Source of the DNA: an uncultured Acidimicrobiaceae bacterium
Lineage (GTDB): Bacteria > Actinomycetota > Acidimicrobiia > Acidimicrobiales > Bog-793
Assembly (NCBI GenBank): GCA_963801185.1
Contig: CAWDDW010000001.1
Coordinates: 112,928-176,927 of the forward strand
DNA length: 64,000 bases
Direction of reading: 5' to 3'
In this document: one piece after another, positions 1-8,398 of the stretch
How the letters are laid out: each line of letters opens with the position of its first letter
How positions within the stretch are numbered: the stretch's first letter is position 1
The notes under the pieces: model-generated
What the model saw: only the letters and a program-made list of their open reading frames with translations
The model's database searches: none
What the model was told of the DNA's origin: nothing
Position numbers and translations under genes: made by a program

Positions 1-1407
1 CAGCCGGTGGGCCGTGCGATCGAGGGCAGCCTCGCTGCGGGCCGAGAGGACGAGCAGCTGCTCCGTCAACCCGGGCTCGGCTGTGGGAATGGGAGGGGCT
101 TCTTCCACGATGACGTGCGCGTTGGTGCCGCCGACACCGAGCGAGGAGATTCCTGCCCGACGCGGGCCGTCGGCCGTCCACGGCGTCCCTTCGTCCGTGA
201 TTGTGAAGGGGCTCTTCTGGAGCTCGAGCAGCGTGCTCGGCGCGGTGAAGTTCGCGAGCGGGGGAAGCCAGCCATGGCGGAGGGCCTGCACCACCTTGAT
301 GAGGCTCGCGACGCCGGCCGCCGTGTCGAGATGCCCGATGTTGGGCTTAGTCGACACCAAACGGCAGAATCCCGTCTCGGCGGTGTCGGCGCGGAAGGCC
401 TCGGTGAGGGCGGTGAACTCGACGGGGTCCCCGACGGCGGTCCCGGTGCCGTGGGCTTCGAGCAGCGTGATGCTGCGCGCGTCGACACCGGCGACAGCGA
501 GCGCTTCTCGCACGACGTCGATGTGGCCGTCGACGCTCGGGGCGAGGTAACCGACCTTGCGTGCACCGTCGTTGTTGACGGCGCTGCCCCGGAGCAAGGC
601 CAGAATCGGGTCCCCGTCCCGGACGGCGTCATCCAACCGCCGGAGGGCGACCACGCCGACCCCACTCGTGAGCACCGTGCCGGCGGAGTTGACGTCGAAG
701 GCGTGACACCGGCCATCCGGGGCGAGGATCTCGCCATCGTGGTAGACGTAGCCGACTCCGTGAGGAACTTCGATCGTCGCGCCACCGGCGAGGGCGAGAT
801 CGCACTCCAAGGCGAGCAGGCTCTGAGCGGCAAGGTGCACCGCCACGAGCGAGGTCGAACAGGCCGTCTGCACATTGACGCTCGGCCCGCGCAGGTCGAG
901 GCGGTACGACACTCCGGTGGTGAGGAAATCCTTGTCATTGGCAGTATGGCGAAGGAGGAACCAGCCAAGGTCCCGCACGAGCTCGCCTCTCGTGAGCAGG
1001 TTGTGCACGAGGTAGGTGTTCATGCCGCAGCCCGCGAACACGCCGATTGACCCCGAGAACCGCTCTGGCACGTGGCCGGCCGACTCGAGGGCCTCCCATG
1101 CACACTGGTAGAAGTGGCGATGCTGGGGATCCATGACGGCCGCGTCGCGCGGTCCGATCCCGAAGAACTCAGCGTCGAAGCACTCCACGTCGTCGAGGAC
1201 ACCGGCACGCCGGACGTACAGCGGGTCGCTCAACGACAGTGGATCCACGCCGCGTGCCTCTAGCTCACCGGTGTCCAGATCGACCAGGCAGTCCTCACCT
1301 CGGGAGACTCGTCGCCACAGGGAGTCCGGGTCGGGCGCGCCCGGGAACCGCCCCGCCATGCCGACAATGGCGATCTCTGATCCGGTCAGCTCGCCCGTTG
1401 TGCTCAT
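1..1407 (-). CDS. Type I polyketide synthase, N-terminal ketosynthase (KS) domain; partial, gene continues beyond the left window edge
   Basis: Own minus-strand translation from ATG 1407-1405 gives MSTTGELTGSEIAIVGMAGRFPGAPD... KS motifs: VQTACSTSLVAVHLA (active-site Cys), EAHGTGT and KPNIGHL (His). The frame stays open to base 1, so it is absent from the ORF track. Track ORFs 7..1050(+) and 66..968(-) are shadows of it. ATGA start/stop overlap (1404-1407) with the upstream NRPS gene. Confidence 0.9.
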   Translation of the reverse strand, partial: MSTTGELTGSEIAIVGMAGRFPGAPDPDSLWRRVSRGEDCLVDLDTGELEARGVDPLSLSDPLYVRRAGVLDDVECFDAEFFGIGPRDAAVMDPQHRHFYQCAWEALESAGHVPERFSGSIGVFAGCGMNTYLVHNLLTRGELVRDLGWFLLRHTANDKDFLTTGVSYRLDLRGPSVNVQTACSTSLVAVHLAAQSLLALECDLALAGGATIEVPHGVGYVYHDGEILAPDGRCHAFDVNSAGTVLTSGVGVVALRRLDDAVRDGDPILALLRGSAVNNDGARKVGYLAPSVDGHIDVVREALAVAGVDARSITLLEAHGTGTAVGDPVEFTALTEAFRADTAETGFCRLVSTKPNIGHLDTAAGVASLIKVVQALRHGWLPPLANFTAPSTLLELQKSPFTITDEGTPWTADGPRRAGISSLGVGGTNAHVIVEEAPPIPTAEPGLTEQLLVLSARSEAALDRTAHRL

Positions 1408-4400
1408 GCTGGATCACCCCGCCGGCTGGTCAGGGCGGCTCGCCGTCGCGCTCCTCGGTCCGCTGCGTCCGCCGAGCTGAGCTGGGCATTGCCGTTTGTG
1501 CTGGGTTCGCCGGCCGAGCCCAGATTCGCCCCCGGCGCGAGCCAGAACACGATCTCAGCCAGGTGGGCTCCGAGCGTGCGAGCGGTCGGGTAGCGGAAAA
1601 TGTCAGTGAGAGCCAGCGGAGCCGCGGTCTGCTCACAGAGCTCCCGGAAGACCTTGACGGCCAGGAGCGAGTGCCCGCCTATGTCGAAGAAGTTGTCGTC
1701 GCGTCCCACGGAGCGCTCGAGGACTTCGGACCATGCGGCTGCCACAATGTCTTCTGCCGCCTGAGAGCTAGCGGTCGCCGTGCCACGGCCGCCAGTGCCC
1801 GGAGAAACACTTGCGGCGGGTGCTGGGACGGCGGCGTTCGTGCGATCGAGGCGGAGTCTCGGCGAGAGGGCTGCCCGGTCGATCTTGCCGTTCGGCGTCA
1901 GCGGGAAAGCCTCCACCACGACGATGCGCGACGGAACAATGGCCTCGGGCAGTGCGGACCTAGCATGCTCCCTGAGGGCCTCTGCCGAGATCGCCTCGCC
2001 GTCGCGGGTGACGACGTAGCCCTCGAGGAGCGTCGAGGCACCCGTCCCGACGGTTCGCGCGACCGCGCGGACAACCGCGGGGTGAGTTTCGAGGACAGCC
2101 TCGATCTCGCCCAGCTCGACACGGTGGCCACGGAGCTTGATCTGGTTGTCGATCCGGCCGTGGAAGTGGACGAGCCCATCGTCGTCGACCCTCGCCAGGT
2201 CGCCTGTGGCGTAGCAACGACCAAGCCCTGGCGGGGTGACGAAGCGAGCAGCAGTGAGGTCATCGCGCCCGAGATAGCCGCGGCTCACACCGGCGCCGCC
2301 GATGTGGAGCTCGCCGAGCACGCCGACGGGACACTGCACGCCCTTGGCATCAAGGACGTGCACTTTGGTGTTCGCGACGGGTCGTCCGATCGGTACCGGG
2401 CCGTCGTGGTCGGCGGGTATCTCGTGAACGAGTGACCAGATCGTGGTCTCGGTCGGGCCGTACATGTTCGTAATCCGTCCGGGCATGACGCGTCGCAGCT
2501 CGGCTGCCAGCGTCGAGGGCAATTCTTCGCCACCAACGAAGAGGTGCCGCAGCGGCGACAGGGCCGCCCGGTCGGCGGCGTCGGCCAGCAGCAGGGTCGC
2601 TAGCGACGGGGTGCACTGAAGATGGGTGACCTTGTGACGGGTGATGAGCGACGAGATCGACTCTGGCTCGGACTCGGTCCGTGAACCCGAGGCGGCGAAA
2701 CGTTCGCGCGCCATGTTCCTCAGCTCCGCGATGCGCTCGAATCCTGCCACCGCCCGATCGTGATCGACGCCGAAGTCGACGAGGCAGGCGATCTCGTCCA
2801 CTCCCGCAGTGACCATCTGTACCACCAGCTCCATCGCGTCCTCGGGGGAGCCGAACAGCCCGGCGGTGCCCAGGTAGCGGTCGGCGGCCGCGTCGAGCAG
2901 CTGATCGAGCTCGCTCGGTGAGAGCGACCGGAACACCTCGTCGGCGTCTGCACCGCCACCTCGTAGCGTGGGGAACGAGGACGCCATGTCCTTCAGGAGG
3001 GACGTTGCCGATGCAAGGTACGTCTTGAACGGCTCCCGGGCAGCGCCGTGAGCCGTTTCGCGATCCGCGTCGAGGTAGGTGTGCACCATCAAGGTGACCC
3101 GGCCCTCGCCCGAGTGTCCGGCAGCCTGCCTAGCAGCCCGATAGGAGGCGATCTTGGCCGTGAGTTGCTCGATCGATTGCCCGAGGAGGTGGGTGAGGAG
3201 GTTGCAGCCCAATCGACCCGCCAATTCGAACGACTCGGCGCTGCCCACGGTGGTCAACCAGAGCGGCACCTGGTCCTGCACGGGCCGGGGAAGCGTCTGG
3301 ACGTCGACGTCGCCCTTCGGGCCGGCGAACGCAACATGCTCGCCGGCCCACAGCCGTCGCACGAGCTGAATGTTTTCGACAAGACGGCTCTTGGAGTCGG
3401 CGTACGCGTCCGGATTGAGGACGAAGTCATTCGGCTGCCACCCAGAGGCCATGGCCATTCCGACCCGGCCATTCGACAGGTTGTCGACGACGGACCAGTC
3501 CTCTGTGACGGTGATCGGCGAGTGAAGCGGTAATACGACGCTGCCGGCGCGGATCGCCACCCGCTCGGTGATGGCGGCGATAGCCGCCCCGGTGATCGCC
3601 GGGTTGGGGTAGATGCCGCCGAAAGCGTGGAAGTGGCGCTCCGGCGTCCAGATCGCTTCGAATCCATTGCGGTCGGCAAAGCGAGCCCCGTCCATCAGCA
3701 GCCGATAGCCGACGTCACCGTCGGCCTCCGCGCTGGCGAAGTAGAAGAGGCTGAACGTGGGCCTCGACCCGGCCACCGAGCGACCTGGTGCCTCCACGAC
3801 GCCTTGGCGGGAGTCGCCTCGTACGACGACCTGGAAACCCCGGGTCAACGTCCAGAGGAGCTCGAGGATCGAGATGTCAAACGAGAGGCTCGTGACTGCG
3901 AGCCAGACCCCGGGTGGGTCGTGGCCGATCACCTCGTCCATCGCCGCGAAGAAGTTGATCACGTTGCGATGCTCGACCATCACCCCCTTCGGCCGACCCG
4001 TCGACCCCGAGGTGTAGATGACATAGGCGAGGTCCTCCGCTGTGGCTGGTGCTGCCGCGTCGCGTGCCGGCAGGCCGACCGCGAGCGGTGGTAGCTGGTC
4101 GCGAGGATCGACGACGGGGACGCCCGGTGGGAGCCACGATGCCGGCTGCGTAGCGATCACGGCGGCAAGTCCGGCGTCCGCGGCCATGAGACGGAGGCGT
4201 TCGGTCGGATATGCAGGATCGAGCGGGACATATGCGGCACCGCGCGCCAGCACAGCCAGCACTGCAGGTACGAGATGCTCGTCGCGGCCGAGGGCGATTC
4301 CGACGAGATCTCCGCGCCGGACTCCACGCGCAGCGAGGAGCCGGGCGAGCTTCTCGGTGCGGTTGCGGAGGTCCCCGTAGGTGAGCGTGGTGCCGCCTGC

Positions 4401-4862
4401 GGTGACGGCTGGCGCGTTCGGAGTCGCCGCAGCTTGCCGTGCGAAGGCCATGGCGACCGTGTCGCGCTCGTCGAAGTCTCGAGACGTGTCGTTCACCTTC
4501 TCGAAGATGTCGGCATCTGGCGGTCCGATGAGCGGTACACGCCAGACGGATTCGCCAACGCCGGTGGCGACGGCCGCGAGCACACCTCTCAGCTGTGCTG
4601 CGGCACGCTCCAGCGCCGCTTCCGACATTGACCCGGTCGCGGCGCTGAGCACAATGCCACTGTCAGCCACCTCGAGATGCAACGGAGTACTCGGCTCGGG
4701 CGTGACAGCTCGGCATCCGGAGAGCCCGCGTTCGTCGTCGATGGCCACGGCGCCTCGGATGAAACGCCCGCGGAGCTCCGGGTCACGAGCCACCAGGTCG
4801 GCGAGCCAGGGCCCGTCACCCATAGCTGCCTCGAGGGCAGTTCTAGCTGAGCGCACGGCCAC
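1404..4862 (-). CDS. NRPS-type module: adenylation domain interrupted by a luciferase-like monooxygenase, then a peptidyl carrier domain (A-LLM-PCP)
   Basis: 1152-aa ORF. Adenylation cores: LTYGDL, LAYVIYTSGSTGRPKG, FDISILE, NMYGPTETT, GELHIGGAGVSRGY, YATGDL, GRIDNQIKLRGHRVELGEIE, NGKIDR. Carrier motif FFDIGGHSLLAV lies near the C-terminus. No complete condensation or thioesterase domain was recognised. Confidence 0.9.
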   Translation of the reverse strand: MAVRSARTALEAAMGDGPWLADLVARDPELRGRFIRGAVAIDDERGLSGCRAVTPEPSTPLHLEVADSGIVLSAATGSMSEAALERAAAQLRGVLAAVATGVGESVWRVPLIGPPDADIFEKVNDTSRDFDERDTVAMAFARQAAATPNAPAVTAGGTTLTYGDLRNRTEKLARLLAARGVRRGDLVGIALGRDEHLVPAVLAVLARGAAYVPLDPAYPTERLRLMAADAGLAAVIATQPASWLPPGVPVVDPRDQLPPLAVGLPARDAAAPATAEDLAYVIYTSGSTGRPKGVMVEHRNVINFFAAMDEVIGHDPPGVWLAVTSLSFDISILELLWTLTRGFQVVVRGDSRQGVVEAPGRSVAGSRPTFSLFYFASAEADGDVGYRLLMDGARFADRNGFEAIWTPERHFHAFGGIYPNPAITGAAIAAITERVAIRAGSVVLPLHSPITVTEDWSVVDNLSNGRVGMAMASGWQPNDFVLNPDAYADSKSRLVENIQLVRRLWAGEHVAFAGPKGDVDVQTLPRPVQDQVPLWLTTVGSAESFELAGRLGCNLLTHLLGQSIEQLTAKIASYRAARQAAGHSGEGRVTLMVHTYLDADRETAHGAAREPFKTYLASATSLLKDMASSFPTLRGGGADADEVFRSLSPSELDQLLDAAADRYLGTAGLFGSPEDAMELVVQMVTAGVDEIACLVDFGVDHDRAVAGFERIAELRNMARERFAASGSRTESEPESISSLITRHKVTHLQCTPSLATLLLADAADRAALSPLRHLFVGGEELPSTLAAELRRVMPGRITNMYGPTETTIWSLVHEIPADHDGPVPIGRPVANTKVHVLDAKGVQCPVGVLGELHIGGAGVSRGYLGRDDLTAARFVTPPGLGRCYATGDLARVDDDGLVHFHGRIDNQIKLRGHRVELGEIEAVLETHPAVVRAVARTVGTGASTLLEGYVVTRDGEAISAEALREHARSALPEAIVPSRIVVVEAFPLTPNGKIDRAALSPRLRLDRTNAAVPAPAASVSPGTGGRGTATASSQAAEDIVAAAWSEVLERSVGRDDNFFDIGGHSLLAVKVFRELCEQTAAPLALTDIFRYPTARTLGAHLAEIVFWLAPGANLGSAGEPSTNGNAQLSSADAADRGARRRAALTSRRGDPA
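2709..3758 (-). other. Embedded luciferase-like (FMN-type) monooxygenase domain inside the adenylation domain
   Basis: About residues 369-718 of the 1152-aa product (FSLFYFASAEADG...WTPERHFHAFGGIYPNP...LVDFGVDHDR) lie between cores FDISILE (A4) and NMYGPTETT (A5). Boundaries are approximate. Confidence 0.75.
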
Positions 4863-4870
4863 TTCGAAAT

Positions 4871-6161
4871 TTAGTACTCGGGATCTTCCGGCAGCTCCAC
4901 GATCGCGATCGGGCGCCGGACCAGGGGGGCCGTAGCAGCCACGACCGCTAGCACCGGGGCATCTGCGACCTCCAGCGGCACGACAAGCGAGCCCGTCAAC
5001 CGTGCAACCCAGACCGCGGCGGCGGCGGCGATCTCCACCAAAGAGTGAGACTCCTCGGTGACGACAACCTGTCGTCGTCCCAGCGCTCCCAAGCCGGACA
5101 CGCTCCCGACCTCGACTACTGGTACGTGTCGCAGCCGACGCATGACGGAGGCCTCCGCTCGCGCCATGCTCGGGTCCTGATCCTCGAGGGCGGCGAGGAA
5201 CCGATCGGGAGGAGGATCCAAGACGGGCGCCACCGGGCCGTCGAGTTGGGCGAAGACGTCGTCGGCCGGGACAGGTACGCCGTTGGCATCGCTGAGGCCC
5301 TCAAGGAGGAGATCACCATCGGCCATGGTGATGGTCAGGCCCCTCTCACTCAGCGCGATCGCGCCCACCGGCGCGGCACTGTCAGAAGGGAGGCTGCGAG
5401 CAGCGCCGACGACCCAGAACCGTTTGCCTGCCACGAGCCGGACCGAACCCATGGGATTACGAATCCGAGCACCGAGGTCGAGGGCGCGAACCGCCCGCGC
5501 CATCTCCCTGGCCGTTCGGCGTCGATCGACGATCGTCTCGCTGCGGGGCCGGTCGTACCGTCCCCGGTAAAAGCGGGGGCGGTCGGGCTGCCGCGTGGTC
5601 ACAACCTCACCGCGAACGACGGCCGTTACGACAGCAGGAAACGACTCGAGGGCCGCGGCGAAGCACTTGGTGTTCAGCGAGTAGGCCGTCTCGTCCGCGC
5701 TCAGCTCTACCTCGGCAGTGGCCACGATGTCACCGGCGTCCACCTCTTCAGTTAGGAGGTGCCAAGTGACCGCATGGGTGACGGCGCCCGACAACAGCGC
5801 CCAACTCGTGACGTTCCGTCCCGCGAGGTCAGGTAGAGGACCGTCATGGAAGTTCAGCGCGAGCCTCGAAGCGTCGGAGGCTCTCGTCGGGGACGACCCG
5901 GAAATTACCGACGCTGAAGAGCAGTTCGGCCTCGAAGTGGCCGATAGCTGCCGCGAGACCCGCGGCCGGTGAGCGAACAGCTATGCCCCGAGCGGCGGCC
6001 CACGACGCGGCGGCTGGGTGGTCGGATATGACCCCGACGACCTCCAGCCCGCCGCTCAGCGCCAGGTCGGCGCACTCGAGCACGAGCGCGCGGTCGCCGA
6101 CGAAGACTGTCCTCCGCTTGCGGGATCGAATCACTACGGTCCCGGACCGGTTGCTCATCAA
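4871..6161 (-). pseudogene. Formyltransferase-like protein with C-terminal extension; frame broken near 5847-5875 (pseudogene or 1-nt sequence error)
   Basis: ORF 5844..6161 encodes the N-terminal half (...LLFSVGNFRVVPDESLRRFEAR). The catalytic core ALNFHDGPLPDLAGRNVTSWALLSGAVTHAVTWHLLTEEVDAGDIV (N-x-H ... D pattern) continues in the frame of ORF 4871..5794. Skipping one base after ...FEAR restores LNFHDGPLP. Only 8 nt separate its stop from the NRPS start. Confidence 0.7.
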
Positions 6162-6410
6162 CTACACCCCCGCGAGCACAGACCCTCGCACGATCCGCGT
6201 ATCACGACGTAAGGCTATCCGCCCGGGCAACACGAGGTTTCTGGCACCGCACCGATAAGAGGCGATCAGTCGCGAGTTCGACAACGCTCCCGCTCGGCTG
6301 CCATTGACAACAGTTCGCTGGCGACGCCTCAGGCAGCGCACCTTCTCGAACACTCTCGCCCATACCCCACAGTGCGCATCGACCTGGCCGAGCTTCCTCG
6401 GCAGCGCCTC

Positions 6411-8306
6411 TTACGGCCCTTCGGGCCACAAGTCGCTCTCGATCGTTGACAGTGTCTGCCCCGCGAACACCGACCGGCACCAGACTTCGGCCGACCAGAG
6501 TCGGACGCGCAACGCGCCCTGAGCAGACTCCAGGACATCTGCAAACTCACGGGTCGGGAAACCAAACACATCCCTGAATACGCCGTCGGACAAAAATAGG
6601 GGGTTCGCGGCGTCCTCGATCCACGCGCCAGCATCGAACATCATGCCGTAGATCTTCGGTCGGTGGGCGATCTTCCAAGGCAGCAGACCTCGAGCGACGT
6701 CGCGCAGGATGCCCTTGCTCCAAGGGCTCACCCTGAACTCGAGAGGCAGGTTCAGAGCGAGTTCGACGACACGAGGATCGAGAAACGGCACTCGTGCCTC
6801 GACGGAGACTTGCATCATATTCTTGTCCATGCGGCTCAACAGGTGCGAAAGGGTGAAGTCAAGGTCGCGCAACAGCTTCGTCTCGAGCGCAGCCCTCGGT
6901 CCAGCGTGGTGCATGTATGCGGACTCGATTTCCGCCTTGATTGCGTCGTCACCGGCTATCCCATCACCGGTTGTCTCGTCACCCGTAGGGCTGTTCGCAC
7001 CCGATCCGTTGCGGCCTCTCGGAATACGTACGGCGGCTAGCTTTTTCAGCCGCCTGTCTACCGCCCGGAGAGTAGCTAGTGGGTGTCCGAGCATGACCGG
7101 TTCCAGGGTGCGGATCGCCCGCTGGCTCGGCGACAAGAATGTGGCTAAGGGGACAGTTCGCCCGCCGATGTACCCGCCGAACAACTCGTCCGCCCCCTCC
7201 CCCGTCAGAAGGACCTTGATACCACGGCCACGGGCACGCTCGGCCATTTGCGATATGGTCACGGAGCTTGCAGTTGCCAACGGAGCGCCGAAGTGAAGAG
7301 TTGCTGCCACGAAGCCGCTCCTCCAGCCCGATTTCGTGACTTCGAACTGGTCAAGTTCGATTCCCAACGCGTCGGCTACGCGCTGCGCAGCTGGGCCTTC
7401 GTCGAAAGCCGGGTCGCCCTTGTACCTGGCCCCGAAGGCGACGAGATCACTCTTGACCTCCACGGCCAACACGGTGATGAGACTCGAGTCCACTCCGCCG
7501 GAGAGCAAGGTCCCCATCGGAACATCGCCGAGTAGAGCATCGTGGACGGCGGAGCGAAGAGTGCCCTCCAGCTCGGAGACGAGGGTCGAGCGGGTACTCG
7601 CTTGCAACTGCCTTTGGCGTTCCGCGTCTACATGGCTCGTGGCGGAGTCCCAGCGGTGGCTTGTGACCCGTGAAGAGTCGAGTGCGATCTCCAACCAGGT
7701 ACCCGGTGAGAGCCTGCGAATGCCGCTTAGAAGCGTGTCGTCTCCTGGATAGCACGACCAATCGAGGATGCTTCTCCAACCGTCCGTCCGCGCTGATGGT
7801 TTGATGCCGGCCGCCAACAGCGCATCGGGTTCGCTTGCGAACCAGATGGCATCATCCGCGCAGGCTATATACAGAGGCTTGATACCGAAACGGTCACGGG
7901 CCAGCAGCAGGCGCCCAGCCGTGAGGTCGAGCGCGGCGAACGCGAACTGACCGTTGAGACGCGGAAGCACACTTGGACCCCAATGGGCGAGCGCATGCAA
8001 GAGTGTGTCGGTGTCTCCGTCGGACACGAAGGACTCGCTGTCAAATTCACTGCGGATCGCCTTGTGGTTGAAGATCTCTCCATTGAATGAGAGCCACCAG
8101 GCTCCGCTGGGGTGACGCATCGGCTGGCGCGCTCGCTCGCTTACGTCGACGATCGCAAGGCGCGTATGGACAAGCCCGACGTTGTCGAGTATCTCCACGC
8201 CCGACCCGTCAGGACCACGATGCGTGAGGGCGTCACGCATCGCCGCGAGTCGCTCAGGCGAGGGGCTCTGGCCGCGAGGAACCACGCAGCCGCCGATACC
8301 GCACAT
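6411..8306 (-). CDS. Asparagine synthase (glutamine-hydrolysing) family amidotransferase
   Basis: 631-aa ORF. N-terminal MCGIGG supplies the Cys2 Ntn glutaminase nucleophile. PP-loop LLSGGVDSSLI is in the synthetase half. Confidence 0.9.
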   Translation of the reverse strand: MCGIGGCVVPRGQSPSPERLAAMRDALTHRGPDGSGVEILDNVGLVHTRLAIVDVSERARQPMRHPSGAWWLSFNGEIFNHKAIRSEFDSESFVSDGDTDTLLHALAHWGPSVLPRLNGQFAFAALDLTAGRLLLARDRFGIKPLYIACADDAIWFASEPDALLAAGIKPSARTDGWRSILDWSCYPGDDTLLSGIRRLSPGTWLEIALDSSRVTSHRWDSATSHVDAERQRQLQASTRSTLVSELEGTLRSAVHDALLGDVPMGTLLSGGVDSSLITVLAVEVKSDLVAFGARYKGDPAFDEGPAAQRVADALGIELDQFEVTKSGWRSGFVAATLHFGAPLATASSVTISQMAERARGRGIKVLLTGEGADELFGGYIGGRTVPLATFLSPSQRAIRTLEPVMLGHPLATLRAVDRRLKKLAAVRIPRGRNGSGANSPTGDETTGDGIAGDDAIKAEIESAYMHHAGPRAALETKLLRDLDFTLSHLLSRMDKNMMQVSVEARVPFLDPRVVELALNLPLEFRVSPWSKGILRDVARGLLPWKIAHRPKIYGMMFDAGAWIEDAANPLFLSDGVFRDVFGFPTREFADVLESAQGALRVRLWSAEVWCRSVFAGQTLSTIESDLWPEGP

Positions 8307-8398
8307 GGGTCGAGGATAGTGGAACCGTCACCCAGCCTGAGACAGGGTCACAACCCGCTCTCGGCCTATAAGCCCGGGCTGGCGGACGACTCCAAACC

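Noticed and set aside
7-1050. 347-aa + strand ORF, and the overlapping 66..968 minus-strand ORF, at the left edge
   Set aside because: Both are out-of-frame or antisense shadows of the real minus-strand KS gene (1..1407). Their products are Arg/Gly/Pro-rich with no motifs, whereas the third minus frame gives textbook KS motifs.
6411-8306. The asparagine-synthase homologue as a lasso-peptide cyclase (RiPP cluster)
   Set aside because: It keeps the N-terminal MCGIGG glutaminase nucleophile, typical of true amidotransferases. I found no PqqD/RRE gene, transglutaminase-like protease or plausible precursor ORF nearby.
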